A program made the position numbers and the translations under genes. The notes below the pieces were generated by a model, which was given only the letters and a program-made list of their open reading frames with translations, was not told the DNA's origin and searched no databases. Of a DNA stretch of 64,000 nucleotides, positions 37,470 to 47,184 are shown piece by piece. This DNA is from Lophium mytilinum (taxonomy: Eukaryota): assembly GCA_010093605.1 (NCBI GenBank), contig MU004195.1:868001-932000 (forward strand). The letters run 5' to 3'. Positions within the stretch are counted from its first letter, which is position 1; each line of letters opens with the position of its first letter.

Positions 37470-38900
37470 GCCAGACGGAGCAAAATTGGGCTGGAACGGT
37501 CTAGGACGAGAATGCTGACAAGGTGGAAAGGAGCCGGGTTGAAGATGGGGCGTGAGCATCTGAAGTTGTGAGGGGTAGTGGTCATGATAAGCTACCCAAC
37601 GTAGGTAATCCTATGCCACTTCACTTTCCATCCTTGCTTTTAACGGGAGCTCTTTTGGAGGCGGCAGGCTCTAGAGGGGTTCTTACGATAATTTTATCCT
37701 TTTTAACAAAAGCTTTTCACAATAGGTGAGGCTATATATAGAAAAGTCGAAGCTATATACTCAGTATCACGTGATGTCTTGCATGACCTGCAACCAACAG
37801 CGTGTAACTCGAAGCAGGTAGAACCCGTAACAGCTTTGCTAGACATAATATTCTATTATAACCTATAAAATAAAGGAATAAGTAGCTAACTAATTTTCTG
37901 TATCCTACGCTTTCACTCCGCGGTTTGCGATTTTCTGACTCTCCTAGACCTGGCATTCGCCATCACGTGCCAGCATTCCCAGAGAGCCTTGGCTCCACTT
38001 CCATCTCAGTTCCCTCACGATGACAGCTCTAGCACTGCCCATTTATGGACACTAGCCTTAAGTACGCTCGATCCATTTAATATCTAATATCTTTGTGTTT
38101 GGCGTCGCCAGCTTACGCATCCCCAATTAGTCTCTCATTGCCTTGGTGCAAGCTTGGCTGCATTCTTGCTGGGATTCAAGATCCCATACAACCGGACGGA
38201 ATCTACAGTAGCACAAGACAGGGGTTCATACCTCAAATACAACCGGACACCACTCGGTGCGTCTATCCTTGTCAGGTCTAATAGAAAAGATGTGTTTGTC
38301 GAAGCACTCCGTGCTTGCGAAGCAGCATGCCCACCACGGGGACTTCCGCCGCTGTAGAAGAAAGTTAGGTTAGGTCAACCATCGAAAATTTGAGCAGACG
38401 AGATTAACGCGCTTGTCAAGCTCTTGATCAGACTGGCGTATATATCCGTATTGCAGAGGCTCGGCATACAATGTTGACACCACTGCAGATCAATTTTTCG
38501 GCAATCTGATGCACTTACCTGCCGTTGGTGTTCGTTGATGACATAAAAGTCTTCGAAGCGATATTGTTCGGGTTAAGAGAGAAGGACATTCACTTCTCGA
38601 GTCTCTCAGTTCTGGAATTCAGCGACTGAGCGCTCACTCCAGACGTCGACCACTGAAAGCACAAGGCTTCGCAGAGATACTTCAGGCTCTTCACTGCCTC
38701 AGCCCCCCTCATTCACCTAATCGTCCGATATAAAGCCTATACATTTCCTCGATATCAACCTCCTAAATCTTCCATCACACCACACACAAGTCCGCCCACC
38801 ATCCACCACATAACACCTACCACTCACCTTCGCTGGAACTTCACCCACCAAACCATCTACTAAACCATCTACCAACCACGAGCCAAACATCTCAGACAGC

Positions 38901-39149
38901 ATGTCCGCCTGCATTCCCACCAGCGCCACGGACTTCCTCATGAACCATCTGACCGGCCTCCTTTTCAACCGCGACGAGTGCCCCATATGCGCGGAGCGAA
39001 TGGGCATGAACCATCTAGCCGTGCAAATCACCGACGTACCCAACTGCAATCACGTCTTCGGCGTCCAATGCCTGTTCCATTGGCTCAAACGGGGCAATCC
39101 TCACAAGGACAAGTGCCCGCTATGCCGGACTAAGCTCTATGAAAGCTAG
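38901..39149 (+). CDS. Short RING-finger protein (82 aa), probably a truncated paralog of the next gene
   Basis: CPICAERMGMNHLAVQITDVPNCNHVFGVQCLFHWLKRGNPHKDKCPLCR. TATAAA at 38729 and a C/A-rich leader upstream. Confidence 0.7.
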   Translation: MSACIPTSATDFLMNHLTGLLFNRDECPICAERMGMNHLAVQITDVPNCNHVFGVQCLFHWLKRGNPHKDKCPLCRTKLYES

Positions 39150-40096
39150 CTGCGAACTAGAATGCATCAAGGGCCATAGGAGCAACGCCGCACTGGACAC
39201 GGGGGTGAGAAGACGAGTGCGCAGTATGAGAGGCGCTGCCGGATTTATATGGAGCGCCGTTCCTGGTAGCAGGGCCGCAGAAAGGGGAGTTGCGCTTCAG
39301 GGGATGTGCTGAGGATTGGTTTCTCTTCTCCTCAACAGACATTTGGGGACAATGCTCTTTTTACGACACCTACGAAACGATGCAGGGACAGTCATTGGAA
39401 GTCTCCGGGTGCGTTACAGTTCACGGGATTCCGTCTTCCAGCTACATGGTGCCTGCAGCAGTTTCCCTTCGAGCTCTCGGCAGAAATGAATTCGAGACTC
39501 TGAGCGGATGATTAGGCTCTACACAGATCAGCTATACACCTATGAATTATCGTGGCATATGGATCGTCCATGGACAGGTAGCAAGTGATCTCTTTCATAT
39601 TTCCGCTAACAGAAACATTACAAGCTACTTAAAATATCCCATAGGGCATTCTGTGCCTTTAGTTCCCCAAGGGTCCTAATCATCCAGCCCCTGTGCATTC
39701 GCCCTAGATCGACCATGGATAGCGCAAGACTTGACAAAGTTGTTATCGCCTTCTCACTGCTTCCAAAGGCTCCCAGTTCACATCATAGTACTTTTCTAAT
39801 TATATATAATCTATCTTGACTGCTAGATTTTCCTAATTGTTAGGGAGTAGCGGTGAGGGCTACGGCAGGCAGTCGCACGTTACCTTCTGTATACAGCCTT
39901 ACCTTCCTCCAGACCTTCTCTCTCCTACATCATCATCAATCATCGTTCAATACAACACGTACACGACCTACAGCTCTTTTTTCCGTCACAGTATTACAAC
40001 AACATACCATACCACTTACCGCCAACCACCCAGCAATCAAAACATACCTCGCCATATTCTCACCAGCCAGACCGCTTATCAACAGCCTCAGTCACC

Positions 40097-40801
40097 ATGT
40101 CCTGGAATGGCCTCGACGAGATCTGGAATGACCCCACCGAGACCTGGAATGGCCCCGCCGAGACCTACCTCGAATTCATCTTTAACTATTTCAAGGACGT
40201 CGACTCTGGCGATCCTAGGCTCCTAAACGAATGCCCACTCTGCTTCAACTCCTACAAAGGTTCTCACCCGGCCGCCCAAGTCACCAACGTCCCCGGCTGC
40301 AATCACGTCTTCGGTCGCGAATGTCTTTTTAGATGGCTCACAAGCAATAACCGGAACTACAATACGTGTCCGTCGTGCCGCACTCCCTTATATGGCGTTT
40401 CCCTGGAGCGCGTTGATGAAATCAACGAAGGCTTCAAACGCGAAGTGGAAGATTGGCGCAACAGCGTAACGCCCGCGCTATCTGAGGAGGAGCTCGCTAG
40501 ACGCGTACAGCTATCTAGAGACGATATGCTACAACAGCTAGACGCCTTTTACGCGGAACATCGCCGCAATGGTGGGACCGAGCCCGTAACGCAGGCGCAA
40601 AGTGACGAGTGGTCTCGCATTATCCGCGATCGGGAATATGAGAGAGCTCGGCACCAGACGGGGGATCTCGACCGGGGGTTGGTATTGATGGCGCGGAATG
40701 TAGAAGATGTGAGGCGGTGGGTAAAGGAGGCGGATGAGACGAGGAAAAGACAGGCGAGGGAAAGAGAGAGAAGGATGGCATTATGGAGGACTGAGATTTG
40801 A
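40097..40801 (+). CDS. RING-finger protein with helical/coiled-coil C-terminus (234 aa)
   Basis: CPLCFNSYKGSHPAAQVTNVPGCNHVFGRECLFRWLTSNNRNYNTCPSCR, good start context CACCATG. Confidence 0.85.
   Translation: MSWNGLDEIWNDPTETWNGPAETYLEFIFNYFKDVDSGDPRLLNECPLCFNSYKGSHPAAQVTNVPGCNHVFGRECLFRWLTSNNRNYNTCPSCRTPLYGVSLERVDEINEGFKREVEDWRNSVTPALSEEELARRVQLSRDDMLQQLDAFYAEHRRNGGTEPVTQAQSDEWSRIIRDREYERARHQTGDLDRGLVLMARNVEDVRRWVKEADETRKRQARERERRMALWRTEI
40101..40163 (+). repeat. 3 x 21-bp coding tandem repeat (WNGLDEI/WNDPTET/WNGPAET)
   Basis: cctggaatggcctcgacgaga / tctggaatgaccccaccgaga / cctggaatggccccgccgaga. Confidence 0.85.
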
Positions 40802-41900
40802 TTGGCGTGCGTGTATTGGCGACGGGTTTGTGTTGCATTTAGTCTTTATAGACAGCCGACGCGGGAATACGTCTTTTTGCTGCGCTTGGAACCATTTTAG
40901 GCATGAAAGCTGGGTATTTTCGGGTCACTCGGTGTTCGCAGGGCACTGTCTTCTCGCTATAGCAGCTCTAGACCTTGGTTGACCTCTGCCCGAAAAGAGG
41001 CTTTGGGCAATGAAGCTTTGTTCGCGAATATTTCGGAGAGTTACGAAGAACAACCAAATGATGGTGACTATTAAGACATAGGGAATTTGCACGTGCGGAG
41101 ATTAGGTGGGTAAAGTCCAGGGGTATCATTTAAAGTTGTCCAATCCCAGTCAAAATTATTGAGAACGTGCGGGGGCCTAAGTGATATGTATACAACATGC
41201 GTCAGAAGCTACTGGAGAAGTGTCTTGAAGTGTGAGCGATCTATGACCTTGGCACCTAGATGGTTTTACGTGACCGGCCCCAAAATATTCTAACCATCTT
41301 CGCCCCAGCTTCCTCAACCTCAACCTCAACTGACCTCTATCTATATTCTTCTCAGTCACATCGATTCTACATTATCAGTAGGCTTTTCCAAAATGTCTTT
41401 CCAAGAAGTGGAAACAAACTAGGTGGTCCTAGGAGAGTGCTAAATACGTCTCTACGGGAATAGGGGCAGAATCTCTAGCTGCGGTGTACGTCTTGTTTCA
41501 GGGCCCGAGGGTACGAGAGCCGAAGGCATTGCCGTTATTACCAAATAGAGAGGCTCAATCAAATCGTTGGATGGTATGAACTGAAAAATCAGAGGCAGGT
41601 AGATCTAAGCCTCCATGTCAACTACCCAATCGCAACCCTCCCTTCGCTTACTGTCGCCGAATTCAGACTTCAGCCTCGTTGTCTTCTTTTGCTTGGCACT
41701 GATAAGCATGCAGGCTGTGTAAGCGAGCTCTCCATCAGCGCATTCTCAACTCAACTCTCTAATGCACGACGTCTCTCCGAAATCCATAAGGCAATTGGAC
41801 CACCAAAAAATAGTGAGAAAGTCCTTGCTCTTCGAGAATTAACATCGCCTCCAATATTTTGATTTATTCATCCTCAAAGCCATCTAGTCAATCCGTTTTC

Positions 41901-44006
41901 ATGAGCACTACGGAGATCCAGCCTGATTCCGGGCTATGCGACTTGTGCCGATGCCTTGATTTGGCTCAACTATTGAAGAACGGTGATCAAGTTTTATTAG
42001 GCCCCCTTGAAGACTTCTTCTCCAGGCCGGGATGTGCGTTTTGCAGACTGGTCACCAGTGTGCTTTACGGTCCTTGGGTTGAAGGCAGATACTTGGAAGA
42101 GATCATCGATAGCCCACTCCGGGATTCAACAATGGGCTTGTGCTATTTGAACCGCATTGAGGAGGATGATTCTGCGTTTTTTGCATTAACGGTGCCAACT
42201 GCTCGATATCCGGCTGGACAAGGACCACCTATACAACTCTGCAGGTTCATCTATCCAGCTGAAACAGGAAACTCAGACCCAAGTATGGGGCGATTCAAGG
42301 GGGCACAGCGATTAGAACCAACTGTCAACTTTGCGATGGTTCGGCAGTGGCTGGAAGATTCCGATGAAGCTCATCCCCTACGCGGCACAGAATCCGAACA
42401 AAACTACGATCGACTGCCTTCGAACTTTAGAGTCATCGATGTACAAAGGAGATGCCTAGTAGAACATAGGCACCAGTATCGATATGTTGCCTTGAGCTAT
42501 GTCTGGGGTTCTTCACATATGCTCAAGACGACTAAATCAACCTTCCACCAGTTATCTATAGACGGAGCCTTCAATAATTCAAAGACTAAACTCCCGGAAG
42601 TCGTAGAGTCTGCCCTGGAATTCTTACAAGGACTTTCTGAAAGATATCTTTGGGTCGATGCGCTATGTATCGTCCAGGATGATGAGGTAGACGTTTTGAA
42701 CCAGATATCAAGGATGGATGCTATCTATTCGAGCTCATACGCCACCTTGATTGCCGCCGCAGGAACTAGCTCACAAAGTCGATTGCTCGGGCTTCCAAAT
42801 TCTCCAAGAATTGTCAAACAAAGCATGGAGACTATTCAGGGAGAAACTTACATCGCACAATCTCCTACTCTGGGTGATAAACTCCTAGAGACGGTGTGGT
42901 ACACAAGAGGCTGGACTTATCAAGAACACGAGTTGTCTTCCCGCCGCATCTTTGTGTTTGATGATGAGTTTTTCTTCGAAAATGAAAATACTATTCATTG
43001 CGAGTCCTCATGGCGCAGTGAAAATGCCCTAGCACAAACCTTGGAGGCCCCGTGGGGCACCGCAACTTCAACTTCGAACAAGGACTACGTCAATTATTTT
43101 GTATCCTTCTTCTTCAACAAGGTCAATGACTATACGAGGCGAAATCTGACGTATCCAAATGATATCTTGAATGCTTTCGCGGGACTCTGTATGTCGCTAC
43201 AGAATAATGGGAAAATAAAGATAAGAAGCGGTTTGCCTCTCGAATCCTTGCATCAAGGGTTGTTTTGGGATACTGCCAGGATTTCGTCGCGTCGACTTTC
43301 TACTTTTTCACACCAAGGTTCTACGTGGATCTTTCCCAGCTGGTCTTGGATTGGTTGGACTGGTATCATCCGCCACGATTCAAGTCGAACGAATTACGCG
43401 GAGCCCGAAATTGATGAAGGCTGTATACGAATTCGAAAGCAAAAGGTCGGCACTGATTGCTTTTTGGAGACAGAACTATTGGATTGTTGGTGCGAGGTGC
43501 TTGAATTACAAGGATGGTTCGCAACTTTTCGGATCTCTCATCATGATACCATTGTTCAGCAAAGCGTGTCAGGTCAGAGCGGAAATGACATTCGGTGGCG
43601 TATATTCGATGAAAAATCAATGTACTGTGGTATAGCGAATCTTTCTACAGTCACGTTTGAAGATGCAGACGCTAAATACTGCTGTCTCTTGGTTTCGCGC
43701 AGCCACGACCCCGAAGCTGCAATTCAATACACAGATATTTGGCAAAAGCCCAGAGCTGTTACAATTCAGTCAAAAGAAGAAGCCTCAAAATATCTAGTTC
43801 TGCCATACAGTTCCACGGACTGGTCGGAGAACAGGCAAACGGTAATCATGACCTCACTCGAGAAGCGAGCCTGGGCGTATTTGAATGTCATAGTTCTTCG
43901 GCATTTGGGAACCGGACAGTTCTATGAACGAGTTGGAACTGGTCAAATCCATGAAGACGCTTGGACTAAGAATAGCCCAGAGAGCTGTCGTGTTAGCATC
44001 GTCTGA
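41901..44006 (+). CDS. HET-domain protein (TOL-like), intronless
   Basis: N-terminal LCDLC..CAFC, then FRVIDV, YVALSYVWG, YLWVDALCIVQDD, QISRMDAIY, WYTRGWTYQE, YTRRNLTYPNDILNAFAG and FPSWSWIGW. Confidence 0.92.
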   Translation: MSTTEIQPDSGLCDLCRCLDLAQLLKNGDQVLLGPLEDFFSRPGCAFCRLVTSVLYGPWVEGRYLEEIIDSPLRDSTMGLCYLNRIEEDDSAFFALTVPTARYPAGQGPPIQLCRFIYPAETGNSDPSMGRFKGAQRLEPTVNFAMVRQWLEDSDEAHPLRGTESEQNYDRLPSNFRVIDVQRRCLVEHRHQYRYVALSYVWGSSHMLKTTKSTFHQLSIDGAFNNSKTKLPEVVESALEFLQGLSERYLWVDALCIVQDDEVDVLNQISRMDAIYSSSYATLIAAAGTSSQSRLLGLPNSPRIVKQSMETIQGETYIAQSPTLGDKLLETVWYTRGWTYQEHELSSRRIFVFDDEFFFENENTIHCESSWRSENALAQTLEAPWGTATSTSNKDYVNYFVSFFFNKVNDYTRRNLTYPNDILNAFAGLCMSLQNNGKIKIRSGLPLESLHQGLFWDTARISSRRLSTFSHQGSTWIFPSWSWIGWTGIIRHDSSRTNYAEPEIDEGCIRIRKQKVGTDCFLETELLDCWCEVLELQGWFATFRISHHDTIVQQSVSGQSGNDIRWRIFDEKSMYCGIANLSTVTFEDADAKYCCLLVSRSHDPEAAIQYTDIWQKPRAVTIQSKEEASKYLVLPYSSTDWSENRQTVIMTSLEKRAWAYLNVIVLRHLGTGQFYERVGTGQIHEDAWTKNSPESCRVSIV

Positions 44007-44486
44007 TTTGGGGGCTAGAGTTGCTCTCACATAAAGCAATATCTAGGTAACATGGAAAATGAGACATGAGAAATTGGTATCTTCCTTCTATGCGCTATAA
44101 GTGGTTTTAATATTCTAGAGCTTGGACAGTATCCACGATAGGCGGTCATAGGCTCAGGGCCTTTAATCAATCAATTCAATTAGACCATCTCGTTGAATAA
44201 ATAGATACTCTGCATATGTTGGGCTCTCAATCAGGTCACCTTACTTATGCGGAATATAGGAAGTTCTTCAAAGCGCACCCATTTAGTTGAACGAGGGAAA
44301 ACTGGGCAAGTTGGTAAACCTTTCGATGGCTTTGTAAGGAATCTGGAGATGCTGCATTGATCGACTTGCTGTAAAAACGCCTTGTGAGAGCATAAGGAAA
44401 AGAAAGATATCGCAAGCTAACGTAAGGTTTCTCATTGTCACGGGTCGAACTGTATGAGAACGTCCAGCTCTTCTACATTCAAATGT

Positions 44487-46634
44487 TTAGAAGTAAAGTG
44501 TATCCCTTGACGGTTTCACAACGTCCCCAGAGGGTGCAATCCTCAGCATCCTCCTCTGAACTCCGCCTTTCCCATCATTGCCACCATTGACTGGGTCAAC
44601 GACTTCTCCATACTGTATTGGGAGCGGATAAACCCGTTTCACAAGCTCTTCTGCGCACGCGTTAGACACTCCGTCGTCCAAAAGCGGCGCCCCCAGCGCT
44701 TTCGCTGTCTCAAATGGGCTGAGAGATGTCTTTCGTCCCAAGCCCCAGAAGCCCTGAAAGGTTGGCACAATGGCGAAGGTTGTGAGGAAGACTACGACAA
44801 GCGCGGCAGCCAGATAACGGTAGTCAGAGTGATAGACTTGGACGGTGCGCGTTTCCATCATCGTCACCGATTGCGTTTTGGGAAACGACGTGAAGTTCAG
44901 CCCTTTCCGACTAGATTCCAGATTCTCTTGGACCAACTCTAGCGTATTAATGTTCGCGGCATCGACAGCGACTCTGAGCATTATTTCGTCGAGGGCGGAG
45001 AAAAGGGAGGCCATTGGGTCGTTGAACGTCAGCCCAACCCAGCCATCGTCTCCTGACAAGCCCGGCGAGTCAGAGCGTAGGTATTGCATTGCAAGGGACC
45101 CATCAAACTGAATAGCAACCTGAGATCCATTCAATCCAAGAAATGATACGTTGGTCCCCAAAAGGTTCTGTGCGCTTGACGCAATTCCACTCAAGGTCTC
45201 GAAGACGGGCCAGGAATATTTTCCGGCGTAACTATCCAGATCCTTCGAAAGGTAGGGAACTGGGTTCATCAGACGAATTCCGGTTAAATTCTCGCTATGT
45301 AGTGAGTCGGCGATGACTTTCCTGGTGTTCTGAAGACTCCCGTTGATCATGACTGGAGAGCCATTGGGCGTAACGAAATAGTTGACTGCAGAAGTCGGGT
45401 CTGTAATTTCTAGAGACGAATTGGCTGTGGAAACGCTTGGCTGAATGATAACAGGGTAAGATTTGGTAGCTGCGTATAGTTTGCAGCTCTGGTGTACACG
45501 ATGGGATCCAGAGAGTGAAAGGTTGTACGGACAACTGGGCTCGCAAACAGATGAGTTGGGAAAAATCGTAATTGATTTCGTCGAATAGACTACCTCTAGG
45601 TTGATAAAAGGCTCGTCCGAGCCTACAGTATCTTTTGGTACCGGCAAGATATCTCTGTTGTGTGTTCTGTCGAATACTTTCATTATATTTCCAGCCTCGG
45701 ACCATGAAAAATTGACTGAGAATAACGAGCCAGGTTTTACCACCCCTCCAGTGCTGCTACTTGTTTGAGTTTTGATCCAAGTAAAGTCGTCTTCGAAATG
45801 AGAACACTCGGAGTATAAGCCTGCGGCTTTTATAGCGCCAGAGCATGTCCCACGACACCCAGAAAAGTCGGTGGCCGATATTGGCGATCGTGCAGAGTAT
45901 GCCTGCATCACCTGCTGGAATCTCGAGGAAAGAAATGGTCGCTCGGATTTCATTCCGCCAGTACCAGATTGTAATTCGAACCCAGAATATCCCAATGGTA
46001 CTTCAGTCGCGACGGTGACATTGACGATCGCTGGCCGAGGGTCAAGTACCTTGAGTGTGGTGGACGAGGCTCGCTGTAGTAGGGGTCCGTCAATGGCAAC
46101 GACAGCGACGACGATCGATGCTAACGCAAGCCAGTCGAATCGTCGACCGGCGGTAACGGCGGCTTTCAGTCTTGTGCCTGACATCCAGGTTTGATGGAGT
46201 CCTTGAATTGTTCCGCCCTGGACGGCTTGATTCCACCAAAAGATACTGGCTCCTTCCACAAAGGCATATCTGAGACAAGCGTTGGTGGCAGCGGCCAGCA
46301 AGGCTAGCCAGATAGATGGTTTGACGGGCCATGTGTCCACAAGTTTTCCGTGCGACGAGACGACGATAATTATGCAAGCGAGAATGGATGCCAAAGCAAG
46401 AAAAAGAGCTCCAAATGCCGACCATGGCAGTTGCCTGAAGAAGCCTGGCTCCCACGGCAGCCCGCAAATCTGCGAGGTAGAATGTTCAAGATCGCCGGAA
46501 ACTCGACTGAGGTTAGAATGGAGTTCGCCATTCTTCGCAGATTGGGATGATGGAGTGTTCTTCGACGTCTCCTGCATGGGACGGTCCAAAACCTCCATGA
46601 GCAAGAACTCTTGATCCTCCTCGGTGCGGGCCAT
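44487..46634 (-). CDS. DUF3176-like membrane protein (3 N-terminal TMs, large N-glycosylated loop, C-terminal TM)
   Basis: Motifs DTWPVKPSIWLALL, GASIFWW..A..GGTI..LH, DGPLLQRAS and GFWGLGRKTSLSPFETAKALGAP; many N-x-S/T sequons. Confidence 0.8.
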   Translation of the reverse strand: MARTEEDQEFLLMEVLDRPMQETSKNTPSSQSAKNGELHSNLSRVSGDLEHSTSQICGLPWEPGFFRQLPWSAFGALFLALASILACIIIVVSSHGKLVDTWPVKPSIWLALLAAATNACLRYAFVEGASIFWWNQAVQGGTIQGLHQTWMSGTRLKAAVTAGRRFDWLALASIVVAVVAIDGPLLQRASSTTLKVLDPRPAIVNVTVATEVPLGYSGFELQSGTGGMKSERPFLSSRFQQVMQAYSARSPISATDFSGCRGTCSGAIKAAGLYSECSHFEDDFTWIKTQTSSSTGGVVKPGSLFSVNFSWSEAGNIMKVFDRTHNRDILPVPKDTVGSDEPFINLEVVYSTKSITIFPNSSVCEPSCPYNLSLSGSHRVHQSCKLYAATKSYPVIIQPSVSTANSSLEITDPTSAVNYFVTPNGSPVMINGSLQNTRKVIADSLHSENLTGIRLMNPVPYLSKDLDSYAGKYSWPVFETLSGIASSAQNLLGTNVSFLGLNGSQVAIQFDGSLAMQYLRSDSPGLSGDDGWVGLTFNDPMASLFSALDEIMLRVAVDAANINTLELVQENLESSRKGLNFTSFPKTQSVTMMETRTVQVYHSDYRYLAAALVVVFLTTFAIVPTFQGFWGLGRKTSLSPFETAKALGAPLLDDGVSNACAEELVKRVYPLPIQYGEVVDPVNGGNDGKGGVQRRMLRIAPSGDVVKPSRDTLYF

Positions 46635-47184
46635 AATTCTACTAAGTTCGTGGTACTGAAAGGTCTATAATCTGAAAAGTAGGATCCTAAGATATTCAGA
46701 TCGGCGTATGTTGATGTGTGATGGAGGTCAGAGGTAAGGAGCTGCTCCACCTAGTATACCCGTGGAAGAAAAATGAGGCTCTGTCTCCCGCCAGGCTATT
46801 GGAGAAGAATTCCCATTGGAGATACCTGAAAATATTCTAAGGGCGGCTGAAGGAATGTATGCAAGGCTAGTGAGGCTGAGATTCTGGAATCACATCTGTC
46901 TTACCAATAAAGCCATCTACCAAGGCGGCACCAGGGTCCTTTTGGGATGAGTCGGCCGACGCTATGAATAGTTCTCGCAGTGTGGCTTAAGATGTGTGGA
47001 CGCTGAACCAGTGATTTGTTGGGTGTCTGCAGGAGCAAGGCGCACTCGGAGGAGGCGACCTGCATGTCTCTATTGCAGGCGCCACAAACGCCAATCGCTG
47101 CGCATATTAACGAATCGCAAACTAGCAATGTGTATATCAGCAACGCACAGCCCGCGACAGAGCTCTTGAAAAAGAGCCCCCAAA

